From a virus, in IMG/VR virus record IMGVR_UViG_3300001200_000009: a stretch of 64,000 nt of DNA; one strand, written 5' to 3'. How positions within the stretch are numbered: the first letter of the stretch is position 1; every line of letters starts with the position of its first letter. Shown in pieces: positions 38,909-47,173 of the stretch. Below the pieces are notes generated by a model. That model had not been told where the DNA came from. It saw only the letters and a list, made by a program, of their open reading frames with translations, and did no database searches. The position numbers were made by a program, and so were the translations under genes.

Positions 38909-40285
38909 TTAAGCCCTTGGGAAGTTGGAAATTCTTGCGCCCCATTGGTCGTCGGAGTCACAGCCTTTTTCAAAGAATGCTAAAATCAAGGTAAAGGCAG
39001 CCATGATTTCATAGTTAGATAAGTAAGCGGCAAGTTCATCTTGGATATTGCCTTGACAGATGTTGGTACCGCCTTCAAAGCTTCGACCACGACAATGCGG
39101 TAGAGTTGCATTATAATCCAAAGACTTGGCATAAACAACTCTATTTCCACCAAAGCCTAATTTGATTTCCAAACTACCAAGGTCATAATTTCTACGACGC
39201 TTGCGGTCATTGCCGGTTATTCTCTTTGTATGGATGGTTAGAACATCGTCTTTTATACTGACTGACCGCACCTTCGACGATTTTGTAATCTTGTCATAAT
39301 CATTCATAAAGCCAGCAACCGCATTTTCCGAGTCGCCAGACAATTCGAAGTTGGCTAGCTCTCTACGTTGTTTGAAGAGTTTAGCTTCGGCCTTACTAAT
39401 ATTGTTACGCAATTTGTCGGCCATTTTACCGCTTCGGACCACTCGTTGGGCAATGGCATTCTCAACGAATTTTCTAAGATTGAGCTTACGAGTGTTTTCG
39501 ATTCGACGCCTACGAGCTATTTCATCAGCTCTAGCTTTGGCTTCTGCAGCTTTTTTCTTAGCGGCTCTAGCTTTCAACTCAGCTTTATGTCTACGTTCAG
39601 CTTCCCGCATAGCTTCTTCTTCGGCTATACGTTGGCGCTCGGCAGCTTCTCTTTGAGCTTTCTTACGAGCACGTTCTTTGCGTTGCTTCTCGCGAATATT
39701 ATCGTTGGCTAATTTTACCCAATCGATATCGTCATTTAGATAATCACCAGCTTCTTGTAAAGCATCGATAAGAGCAGCAAGAGGAATATTTCCGTTAAGG
39801 ATAATGACACCATCACGAACAACTCCAGCTTTATTTTCAAGCGGATAATCGTGAACACTGAGGGATTTAATTTTATCGCGAATTAGACATAGTTGAATAG
39901 CATCGGGCGATTTTTCGACATCAATACGAGTTGACCATGTTTCTTGGCTGGTGAAGATGTCTACATCGCGCTCAACGATAGGCGTCAGATAAGAACTAAC
40001 AAGCCATTCAAAACGAGAGTCTTCGCTTTCAAGATTTGTTACTCTATGACGTAAAGAGATAGGATTAACGTCACAATCGTCAAGAGCAGCGTCAAGTTCA
40101 AAATATGCGGTAAGATGAGAGTCGCCATCTTTATCAACGTCGACCTTAATAAAGTCACGATTACAGACGCTGATGAATTCCAAAATCTGCGCTTCGGTCA
40201 AATCAGTCGAGCTGATATCGAAGTCAAACTTTTGCCGATAAATGGCTTTTGCCACACAGCTTATTCCGTAGGTCAAATCAGTCAT
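38909..40285 (-). CDS. Coiled-coil protein with C-terminal prokaryotic E2-like domain
   Basis: LPH..G..NICQGN resembles the E2 HPN..G.IC active site; first gene of the operon. Confidence 0.55.
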   Translation of the reverse strand: MTDLTYGISCVAKAIYRQKFDFDISSTDLTEAQILEFISVCNRDFIKVDVDKDGDSHLTAYFELDAALDDCDVNPISLRHRVTNLESEDSRFEWLVSSYLTPIVERDVDIFTSQETWSTRIDVEKSPDAIQLCLIRDKIKSLSVHDYPLENKAGVVRDGVIILNGNIPLAALIDALQEAGDYLNDDIDWVKLANDNIREKQRKERARKKAQREAAERQRIAEEEAMREAERRHKAELKARAAKKKAAEAKARADEIARRRRIENTRKLNLRKFVENAIAQRVVRSGKMADKLRNNISKAEAKLFKQRRELANFELSGDSENAVAGFMNDYDKITKSSKVRSVSIKDDVLTIHTKRITGNDRKRRRNYDLGSLEIKLGFGGNRVVYAKSLDYNATLPHCRGRSFEGGTNICQGNIQDELAAYLSNYEIMAAFTLILAFFEKGCDSDDQWGARISNFPRA

Positions 40286-40344
40286 GAGTGTCCTTGTTCA
40301 TAATAAAGTTATAACATATCGGTCGGTAAAGTAAACGACTAATT

Positions 40345-40686
40345 TTACTTTTTTATCCAACCTATGCTCAACACCCAACGAGTCTTTTTGCCCCAAATTT
40401 GGCTAACAGAATGAGTGTCTCTGTCTGGTCTAAAGAGTTTAAGTCTAGGCCAGTCAATTAGTATATTGTCGCAAATAAAGTCTCCACCAGATATAGGCTT
40501 ACGAAGAATGATATTTGCTCGATAGTGTTTGAATCCAGGGACAGGGTCTCGATGATTTCCAATGTAAGAGTCTTCCGGGAATTTCATTATCCAAACATCA
40601 AATGGAAGCTTAGGCGTCATGATTATCGGAAGCTTGAAGTAGCCTCCACCTTGTCTACCTTCTTGCCATGGAAGCTTAATCATGAT
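40345..40686 (-). CDS. 2OG-Fe(II) oxygenase-like protein
   Basis: HRD, GGDF, FRPD..THSV, RWVLS. Confidence 0.7.
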   Translation of the reverse strand: MMIKLPWQEGRQGGGYFKLPIIMTPKLPFDVWIMKFPEDSYIGNHRDPVPGFKHYRANIILRKPISGGDFICDNILIDWPRLKLFRPDRDTHSVSQIWGKKTRWVLSIGWIKK

Positions 40687-40845
40687 AGTCTGTTCTGCCC
40701 TGCTCGGCAAATGAAGCTGCTCTAGAATGAATTTCGCTTTCGCTTAACTTCGAGTCACTAAGATATTTTACCCATCGACGATAAAGCTTAGCCTCACGTT
40801 TTGTAGGTTGACGCGTATTTCTAAGAAACGAAAAATCGACTGACA

Positions 40846-41886
40846 TTACACTTTAACCGCGGTTTTGACTACTGTTAGAGGTGCCCAAGAATTTACCGAG
40901 CTGTCTCCACGTACGTTCCAATGATAGCTATGATTATGTCTCCATCCGTAATTCCAAGACCTTTCGAATCCGTGTTCGCTCAAAGCTTCAATCATTTTTC
41001 CAACTTTGCCGGGAATAGCATTGCCGTATCCAGACAGATGGTATTTACGAGTCATAATAGCTTGGTAGACAACATCTGGGTCAATGGTAAACTTTTCGCT
41101 CTCAAGAAGAATCATCTTTGGAGTCAGTTTGTTTTCCATGCGGTCGTATTTGATTTCACCTTCTTGAGAGATGTACGCAAAGCAATAGACCTTTTGCTTA
41201 TCAGAAGTTACGTCAACAATTTTAACTGGCGTGCAGTCATAGTCAGCAGTGTTACCCACGCCTTTGATATGATAGACATCTGACGTCTGAGAATGCTTAT
41301 AGACTGTGCCGGTTGTATGGTAATCCATCTCGTAACGACCAAGATAGACATATTGATTACCATGAGCATCGCGCAAATGGTCACCGATTTTCATCTTAGA
41401 GCCAGTAATCATTTGATTCCGCATTTCGGTCTCATTGGACATAGCCTCTTCATAGGGTTCTGAACCCTTTGGTAGGAGGATATGGTTGTTACCATCACGA
41501 CCCCATACGCACTCGTCTTGGATGATGCCGTTGACGACAGTTGTATAATTGAGAAGAGTGGAAATGTTGCCGGTGGGCACCTCAACCATGAAGCCACGAG
41601 GGTCCTTTACACGGAAGAGTTTATTCTGAGTAGACCATCGAGAGACAGAATCTCCGATAACGAAGCCCGTTGTTGGCTTATTGTCCAGCGAGAGTTCTTT
41701 TAGAGGTTCATCGAACTCTAGGTAGGTTCGAGTTTTGTTACACCATTTGCGGTATCCATCAGCCCATTTTCGACCAGTCGCTTTGCGCTTTTCAGTCGCT
41801 GCTTTTGGACCTTCATAGGTCATATACGCCAAGTTTTCTTCGCGATTACGACCGATTACTACCCAAAGCTTATCGTGTACTCTCAT
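40846..41886 (-). CDS. Hypothetical protein
   Basis: 346-aa ORF with AGGA SD. Confidence 0.75.
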   Translation of the reverse strand: MRVHDKLWVVIGRNREENLAYMTYEGPKAATEKRKATGRKWADGYRKWCNKTRTYLEFDEPLKELSLDNKPTTGFVIGDSVSRWSTQNKLFRVKDPRGFMVEVPTGNISTLLNYTTVVNGIIQDECVWGRDGNNHILLPKGSEPYEEAMSNETEMRNQMITGSKMKIGDHLRDAHGNQYVYLGRYEMDYHTTGTVYKHSQTSDVYHIKGVGNTADYDCTPVKIVDVTSDKQKVYCFAYISQEGEIKYDRMENKLTPKMILLESEKFTIDPDVVYQAIMTRKYHLSGYGNAIPGKVGKMIEALSEHGFERSWNYGWRHNHSYHWNVRGDSSVNSWAPLTVVKTAVKV

Positions 41887-41903
41887 AATATAAGTCCTAT
41901 GTT

Positions 41904-41980
41904 TGGCGTACCGAGAAGGATTCGAACCCTCGACACCTGGCTTCGTAGGCCAGTGCTCTGTCCAGCTGAGCTACCGGTAC
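41904..41980 (-). tRNA. tRNA-Arg(ACG)
   Basis: CTGGC-CTACGAA-GCCAG, CCA. Confidence 0.93.
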
Positions 41981-42036
41981 TAAATTCCTAATGCAGTATA
42001 TACTATTGGAGATGCTTTGTAAACGAAGTATAAAAT

Positions 42037-42522
42037 TTATTGGATATATTCGAAATTGGGGTCAACTCTTTGAATCCATGGCACTATTTTTTGTGAAGAT
42101 ATTCCAATAACTTTAGACGCTCTTGATTTCCAACCCCATTCACCAAATCTAATTTCTTTATTATTTTTGGCTATAGCCCATGCGGCCTTATCCTGTTTTA
42201 ACTTCTCAACATAGAAGTTAACCGTTGGTTTATGAGGCTTGAAATATTTTCTCTTACCTTTAGACCCTTTTCCTGCATAAGTATCGGTTTGGCTATGACA
42301 ATTTGGACAAAGAAATCTTAAATTCTCGATACGATGGTCAGTATGGGTGCCGTTAATATGGTCAAGCTGTAGTGAAAGCTTTTTTCCATTGTGCTCTCCT
42401 AAATTAGAACATTCCCCGCATTCATATGGAATAAGGCTATCTTCTATACATCTTTTTTTTATGTGGTGACGAGCATAATAGCTATTTTTAACAAATACTT
42501 CTTCGTTAGTATATTTTCTCAT
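42037..42522 (-). CDS. HNH endonuclease
   Basis: CGEC, LQLDHING...NLRFLCPNCH; TATAAATA upstream. Confidence 0.9.
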   Translation of the reverse strand: MRKYTNEEVFVKNSYYARHHIKKRCIEDSLIPYECGECSNLGEHNGKKLSLQLDHINGTHTDHRIENLRFLCPNCHSQTDTYAGKGSKGKRKYFKPHKPTVNFYVEKLKQDKAAWAIAKNNKEIRFGEWGWKSRASKVIGISSQKIVPWIQRVDPNFEYIQ

Positions 42523-42562
42523 TTGAACCTCTTTATTTTATTTATAAGGTTCAAATTCTAAA

Positions 42563-42638
42563 TGGCAAAGGAGGAGGGATTCGAACCCCCGACACTCGGA
42601 TTTGGAATCCGATGCTCTGACCACTGAGCTACTCCAAT
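42563..42638 (-). tRNA. tRNA-Trp(CCA), two U-U mismatches in acceptor stem
   Basis: TCGGA-TTCCAAA-TCCGA. Confidence 0.85.
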
Positions 42639-42741
42639 AAATTGGTTATTTGCGGAGGACCAGCGTTTGGCTTTATCAGTGCCGCGCTCTGTTCTTTATA
42701 ACGGAATCTTATATGGCTAACAGGCCTACCGTCTCCAATTT

Positions 42742-42837
42742 TGGTAGCAAAAGCTAAGAACCTGAGTGGGGTCCAACAGTTTTATAGACTCTCCAGCCTA
42801 TTCGTGTGCTCAAGGCTGACACGCCCGCCTTTTACTA
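42742..42837 (-). ncRNA. CCA-ending tRNA-like RNA with 8-9 bp acceptor stem
   Basis: AGTAAAAG/CTTTTGCT-ACCA; CAGCCT/AGGCTG hairpin; no canonical T-loop. Confidence 0.5.
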
Positions 42838-42841
42838 ATTT

Positions 42842-42916
42842 TGGTAGCCAATGAGGGATTCGAACCCCCGACGCAGACCGTGTAAAGGTCCCGCTCTTCC
42901 ACTGAGCTAATCGGCT
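42842..42916 (-). tRNA. tRNA-Val(TAC)
   Basis: GGACC-TTTACAC-GGTCT, CCA. Confidence 0.92.
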
Positions 42917-42924
42917 TTATTTTA

Positions 42925-43069
42925 TAGAGAGGACTACTTGAACGACGTCTTCTTCAAGGTTTCCTGTTACTAAGAGTAAAGAGTGGGAATCGAACCCACC
43001 TCGCTTCACGCACAGCTTTTGACTGCAGAGTGTCCACTTCTCAATATCTTTAGACTCCCTTAGTCTCTA
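42925..43069 (-). ncRNA. tRNA-like core embedded in a long closing stem (no CCA)
   Basis: T arm GGTGGG-TTCGATT-CCCACT; TGCAG-TCAAAAG-CTGTG; ACTAAG/TTAGT and TAGAGA/TCTCTA closing stems. Confidence 0.55.
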
Positions 43070-43072
43070 ATT

Positions 43073-43636
43073 CTAGTACGCCCACAACATCAAAGGATTT
43101 TTGTGAACCAAGCCGCTCATAACATGCCACTCATGTTTAACATGACATGGAGTTATCATAACGTGACGACCGTTTTTAGTTGCATATTCATATGGCGGCT
43201 TAACGTGGTCGTATTTGTTATATTGGGCATCTTCAAAATGTTTCCAAGCTTGATATTCTTCTTCGGTGTCGCAGTCAACTAACCAAAGCTTTTCATCTTT
43301 AACAGCATTTGACTTCTGCATAAGAGCAGTCGTCCAACGATTCTCAAGATGGGTGTAGAACCTCAAAGGGTCTTGGTCATATTCAGAATTAAGTTGAGCT
43401 AGTCGAAACGAACGAACAGCCTTTACAAGGTCTCTTGGTTCGGCCGAAACGTAAAGTCTCTGATTGTCACCCTTACGTTTCAAAAGACTTTCAAGCTGGC
43501 GGTCGAATTCCTCGACGTTGTTCGAAACTCTTAAGATTGTAGGCGCTCGTTCAGCCTCATCTTTGTTACGAGATAGAAGGTGAAGGACTCTAACGCCTTC
43601 CTTAAAAGACTGTGGATGTTCAAGTACTGTTGTCAT
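43073..43636 (-). CDS. Hypothetical protein
   Basis: LLSRNKD..WLVDCDT..TKNGRH; early promoter upstream. Confidence 0.7.
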   Translation of the reverse strand: MTTVLEHPQSFKEGVRVLHLLSRNKDEAERAPTILRVSNNVEEFDRQLESLLKRKGDNQRLYVSAEPRDLVKAVRSFRLAQLNSEYDQDPLRFYTHLENRWTTALMQKSNAVKDEKLWLVDCDTEEEYQAWKHFEDAQYNKYDHVKPPYEYATKNGRHVMITPCHVKHEWHVMSGLVHKNPLMLWAY

Positions 43637-43838
43637 AATGTCTCTTATATCATAGTTCGTTTAGGATGTAAACGATTTATTTATCCTAATCCTAAATATC
43701 CTTTAAGGTAAGAAATTCTTCTTTTTATTTTTGGGCACTCAGGGCAAATATGACTATCCCAACCTCCACATCGAGAGCAGTCAGTTTTTTCTAATCGTCT
43801 TAACTCATAAAAGGCTTGTAATTTTTCTGTGTCTGAAC

Positions 43839-44426
43839 TCATAATTTTCTTCCTTTGAACCAACCATTCGGAATATCGCCTTTCCACTTCTTGGCCTTAA
43901 TTCCATTGTTAATCCAAATAGTTCCAAATTGAGAATTTTTGGAACCCTGATTTTTTGATTTTCTTAATTTTTCTTTTGTCTCTTCACGATGTTGGCGTCC
44001 TGTCCAACCGTTATTTTTAGTCAAAGGCATTTTACCTTCTTCCCAAGTTTTCTTTAATCTATTCGAACTGGCTTTACGTTTTAAATCTGTTGAATTAGCT
44101 GCTAAAGCCCCTAGACTATGCCCGCTTAAACCGTTTTGGTTGATATAGCCCCAACCCCCTTTACCTCCTGGACAAAGATTATAGGTGTGGTTACTTTTAC
44201 AATATTCTTCTGTTACAAGCTGAGCTTCCTTGGTGTTCATGTCTTCTTCAGAATTCAACTTGTATAAAATCGTCTTCTCGAAATTTTCTATTCCATGCTT
44301 CTTAATTGCTCGCTTTATTAGTTTACCCGAGCCCATATATCCATCATCAAGGTCTTGTGTTTGATGCTTACCTATGTAAACTTTGCCATTGATTTTATTC
44401 TTGATTCTGTAGATAATGTAGTAAAT
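43839..44426 (-). CDS. GIY-YIG homing endonuclease, paralog of 8259-8885, probable ATT start
   Basis: YYIIYRIKNKINGKVYIGKH..YMGSG upstream of the called Met; GGAG 6 nt before ATT. Confidence 0.82.
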   Translation of the reverse strand: MYYIIYRIKNKINGKVYIGKHQTQDLDDGYMGSGKLIKRAIKKHGIENFEKTILYKLNSEEDMNTKEAQLVTEEYCKSNHTYNLCPGGKGGWGYINQNGLSGHSLGALAANSTDLKRKASSNRLKKTWEEGKMPLTKNNGWTGRQHREETKEKLRKSKNQGSKNSQFGTIWINNGIKAKKWKGDIPNGWFKGRKL

Positions 44427-44430
44427 TATA

Positions 44431-44485
44431 GTCTCCAGATTATAAACTAGTCTTATTGTCTGCTAGTATTTATAATCTGGAGACT
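44431..44485 (-). promoter_or_regulatory. RBS-sequestering hairpin with TATAAATA, near-identical to 8890-8945
   Basis: GTCTCCAGATTATAAA..CTAG / CTAG..TTTATAATCTGGAGAC. Confidence 0.8.
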
Positions 44486-44490
44486 CTATG

Positions 44491-44567
44491 CGCGGATAGC
44501 CGGACTCGAACCGGCGCTAAATACAGAGGGTGGAAGCCTCCAGCTCTACCAACTGAGCTATATCCGC
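44491..44567 (-). tRNA. tRNA-Gly(TCC), no encoded CCA
   Basis: GGAGG-CTTCCAC-CCTCT. Confidence 0.85.
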
Positions 44568-44977
44568 TTAATTTTGATGTCGTGATAAAAATCCATGGCA
44601 CCTGGCCCAAGAATACTCATCACATGATTTTCGTTGTTTGCTTCGATGACTTTATATTCCCATACTCCGTTGTAAAATAATTCAACTTGATATGCTCTGA
44701 GCCTGTCATTTCGATTCTTACCGAGATGGTATTTACCGCATCGTGGACAAACATAAGGAGAGAAATGGTTTCCGTATTTTCTCTGCATCGAAGCTGCCGC
44801 TTTAGTCGAAGTTTCAAGAGTGTTGTACCCAACCTTCTCTCTACCAGAATAGGTGTAATGTGCTCGCTCTGAGAACATACCCCATGCGTTTCCGGTAATA
44901 AAGAAGTTCTTGATGAACCTCTTAGGAGGGCCCTGAGATTTCAGAGCCCTCCACAAATATCGTGGTTTAATTTTCAC
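44558..44977 (-). CDS. Hypothetical protein
   Basis: YVCPRCGKYHLG motif. Confidence 0.6.
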   Translation of the reverse strand: MKIKPRYLWRALKSQGPPKRFIKNFFITGNAWGMFSERAHYTYSGREKVGYNTLETSTKAAASMQRKYGNHFSPYVCPRCGKYHLGKNRNDRLRAYQVELFYNGVWEYKVIEANNENHVMSILGPGAMDFYHDIKIKRI

Positions 44978-45362
44978 GTGCGATTTGAGATGCGAGCTTC
45001 ATATCAGCTCTAGCACCAAACTCTCGTTTTACGGCACCCATAATGTTACCAATTGGGCCAGGCGTGTTTGCGATGTACGCTCGCAATTCTTCTTCAGAGA
45101 CCATTTGGGGTCTTAACGATTGGAGAAATTCGTTTTCTGCTTTTGCAACTGGAGCTAGTTTTCTTTGAGAAATGACTATTTCGTTCGACGCAATAAGCTT
45201 CTTAATGACTGACTGAACTTCATCTTCGGTAGACTCTCGATTTCCTTCTCGTTTGCCAACCTTTTCACATTCGGCAATGACAAAAGAAAAGAATGATGTA
45301 GGTTCCTTTGCTCTTCGAGCAGAGTCTAATTCCATTCTAAGCGATAAAAGAGTTGTTGACAT
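44967..45362 (-). CDS. GatB/YqeY-domain protein
   Basis: EDEVQSVIKKL, LRPQMVSEEEL, GNIMGAVK...ADMKLAS. Confidence 0.75.
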   Translation of the reverse strand: MSTTLLSLRMELDSARRAKEPTSFFSFVIAECEKVGKREGNRESTEDEVQSVIKKLIASNEIVISQRKLAPVAKAENEFLQSLRPQMVSEEELRAYIANTPGPIGNIMGAVKREFGARADMKLASQIAREN

Positions 45363-45365
45363 AAT

Positions 45366-45744
45366 TTATTCCTTGGTTGCCTTGTAGGCGTTGATTGTAC
45401 CGTTGAGTTTTCGTTCGAATTTTCTTGAACCACCATTAGTATCAGGATGATATTTCTTTAGCAGTTGATTGTATCTCTTTTTGATAGTCTTGTCATCTGC
45501 ATTAAGGGGTAGACGCAAGTATTTTAAAGCTCGTTGCCTTCTTGTCAGCTTAGAATTTACAGGTTTTTGCTTTTCGTTTTCTCTGGGTTTGTCGTCTTTC
45601 AGCTCTTTGTTCGCTTCTAGCCCTTCTTCGTAAATGCTCTTTATGTCTTCGCATATGTTCGGCGTTGACGACGAAGGAATCTATACTAAAGATATCGTAC
45701 TCTTTGCTGTAAAGCAAATCATCTTTATGTGTAGAGACAACCAT
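45366..45744 (-). pseudogene. Frameshifted DnaJ-domain gene (J-domain in the +1 frame)
   Basis: Hand translation RALKYLRL..IKKRYNQLLKKYHPDTNGG..INAYK; no start codon in that frame upstream of the J-domain. Confidence 0.65.
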
Positions 45745-45789
45745 TGTTCTATTCTATCATAATTTCATGGCTTTGTAAACGATTTATTT

Positions 45790-45864
45790 TGGCGCTAAAG
45801 GATGGACTCGAACCACCGACTTCCGCGCTCCAAACGCGGAGCTCTACCACTGAGCTACACCCTG
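45790..45864 (-). tRNA. tRNA-Pro(TGG) with largely unpaired acceptor stem (possibly pseudo)
   Basis: CCGCG-TTTGGAG-CGCGG; CAGGGTG versus CTTTAGC. Confidence 0.7.
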
Positions 45865-45869
45865 TTGTA

Positions 45870-45944
45870 TGGTCCTAGGCAAGAGATTTGAACTCAATCC
45901 TCCAGATTCACAGTCTGGCCGTCAACCATCGACATCTACCTAGG
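45870..45944 (-). tRNA. tRNA-His(GTG), A73, no encoded G-1
   Basis: CCAGA-CTGTGAA-TCTGG. Confidence 0.88.
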
Positions 45945-45949
45945 ATATT

Positions 45950-46025
45950 TGGTGGACCTAGTCGGATTCGAACCGACAACCTTCTCCGTGCAAGGGAGTT
46001 GCTCTACCGTTGGAGCTACAGGCCC
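45950..46025 (-). tRNA. tRNA-Ala(TGC)
   Basis: G3:U70; loop CTTGCAC. Confidence 0.92.
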
Positions 46026-46035
46026 GTATATTATT

Positions 46036-46128
46036 TGGCAGAGAGTATGGGATTCGAACCCATGAGACCCCGATTGAGGTCCTCTAAGTTAGCAACCTAG
46101 CGCCTTAAACCACTCGAGCCAACTCTCT
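46036..46128 (-). tRNA. tRNA-Ser(GCT)
   Basis: CTAGG-TTGCTAA-CTTAG, long variable arm, G73. Confidence 0.92.
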
Positions 46129-46140
46129 GCGAAATAATAA

Positions 46141-46214
46141 TGGCGACTCATAAGGGACTCAAACCCTTTTCTCCGACTAGACAGGCCGGGGTAATATCCA
46201 TATACGAATGAGCC
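46141..46214 (-). tRNA. tRNA-Asp(GTC)
   Basis: CCGGC-CTGTCTA-GTCGG, CCA. Confidence 0.88.
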
Positions 46215-46248
46215 AAATTACTGATGCCCAGCGGAAGCGGTACGATAA

Positions 46249-46342
46249 TGGCGGAACCGGAGAGATTCGAACTCTCATACCTCTAGGGCCTACTGTTTTC
46301 AAGACAGCTGCCGTTACCCAGAATCTTTCGGCTTACGGTTCC
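46249..46342 (-). tRNA. tRNA-Ser(TGA)
   Basis: GCTGT-CTTGAAA-ACAGT, long variable arm. Confidence 0.9.
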
Positions 46343-46616
46343 TTGATTTATATGTTGGTAGTTGACTATCACAGTTGCTACAAACGAATCTTAAATTGTT
46401 TAGTCTATTATCATTATTGATTCCATTTATATGGTCTAAAATGAGCGGCATTTTCATACCTCTCCATATAGGTCCCAAATTACATATAGCACATTCATAC
46501 ACGATAAGCGCTTGCTTTATAATTCTTTCCTTTAATCGATGACGAGGATAAGTGCTTTCTGCGACAAAAACCTCTTCATCTGTTTTTCTAGCTCCATATT
46601 GATTTACCTTTTTCAT
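46314..46616 (-). CDS. HNH endonuclease (start MKKVNQ)
   Basis: CAIC, LILDHING..NLRFVCSNC; TATAAATA and AGGAG upstream. Confidence 0.85.
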   Translation of the reverse strand: MKKVNQYGARKTDEEVFVAESTYPRHRLKERIIKQALIVYECAICNLGPIWRGMKMPLILDHINGINNDNRLNNLRFVCSNCDSQLPTYKSRNRKPKDSG

Positions 46617-46866
46617 ATAACGTCTCCTTAGATTCGTTATATTTATAGGAAGCGGTTTCTGGTACCGCTTCCGCAAAGACATCAGTATTGGTTAGTGCTG
46701 TGAAGGGTTGCCCTCCGCTGTCGCAACACTACGACTTTGCATAAGGACCTACACGGTCCTCGGACTTATATTATTCACGATGTAAAAATAGCGGTTAGAG
46801 GTTAATAAAAAAGCGACTTAGAGATGACTCTAGCCGCACGAAATGAGATATGCAATAGAGTCTACA

Positions 46867-46957
46867 TGGTATGGAAGCCCGAATCGAACGCACGCGGGTC
46901 AGTTCCTGTGGCTGGTGACCACGAACTAAAGACTGTATGTGACGTTACGTTTTGCAT
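46867..46957 (-). ncRNA. Degenerate CCA-ending tRNA-like RNA behind a late promoter
   Basis: TATAAATA 46964-46971; TTCGATT loop; TTCCAT-ACCA end; terminator at about 46807-46836. Confidence 0.4.
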
Positions 46958-47173
46958 TACTTTTATTTATACTCCGTTTCTGGACAATTCCAAATTATTT
47001 TAACTCAACCTCGTGGATATGTAAATCCTCTTGGCTGTTGAACTCATATGCTTCGAAGGCCTCTTTAGCCTCTTCACGAGACTTATAGACCCCAAGTATT
47101 TCGTTAGGACCTGAAAGCTGGTCATAATGGTTGACCATTTGTGCAACAAAAACTTTCATGTCCATCTCCAATT

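Noticed and set aside
35233-38973. Long N-terminal extensions in the ORF track (35964, 36370, 38090, 38973; also 59412, 60031)
   Set aside because: They overlap upstream genes or promoters; downstream SD-supported starts were used instead.
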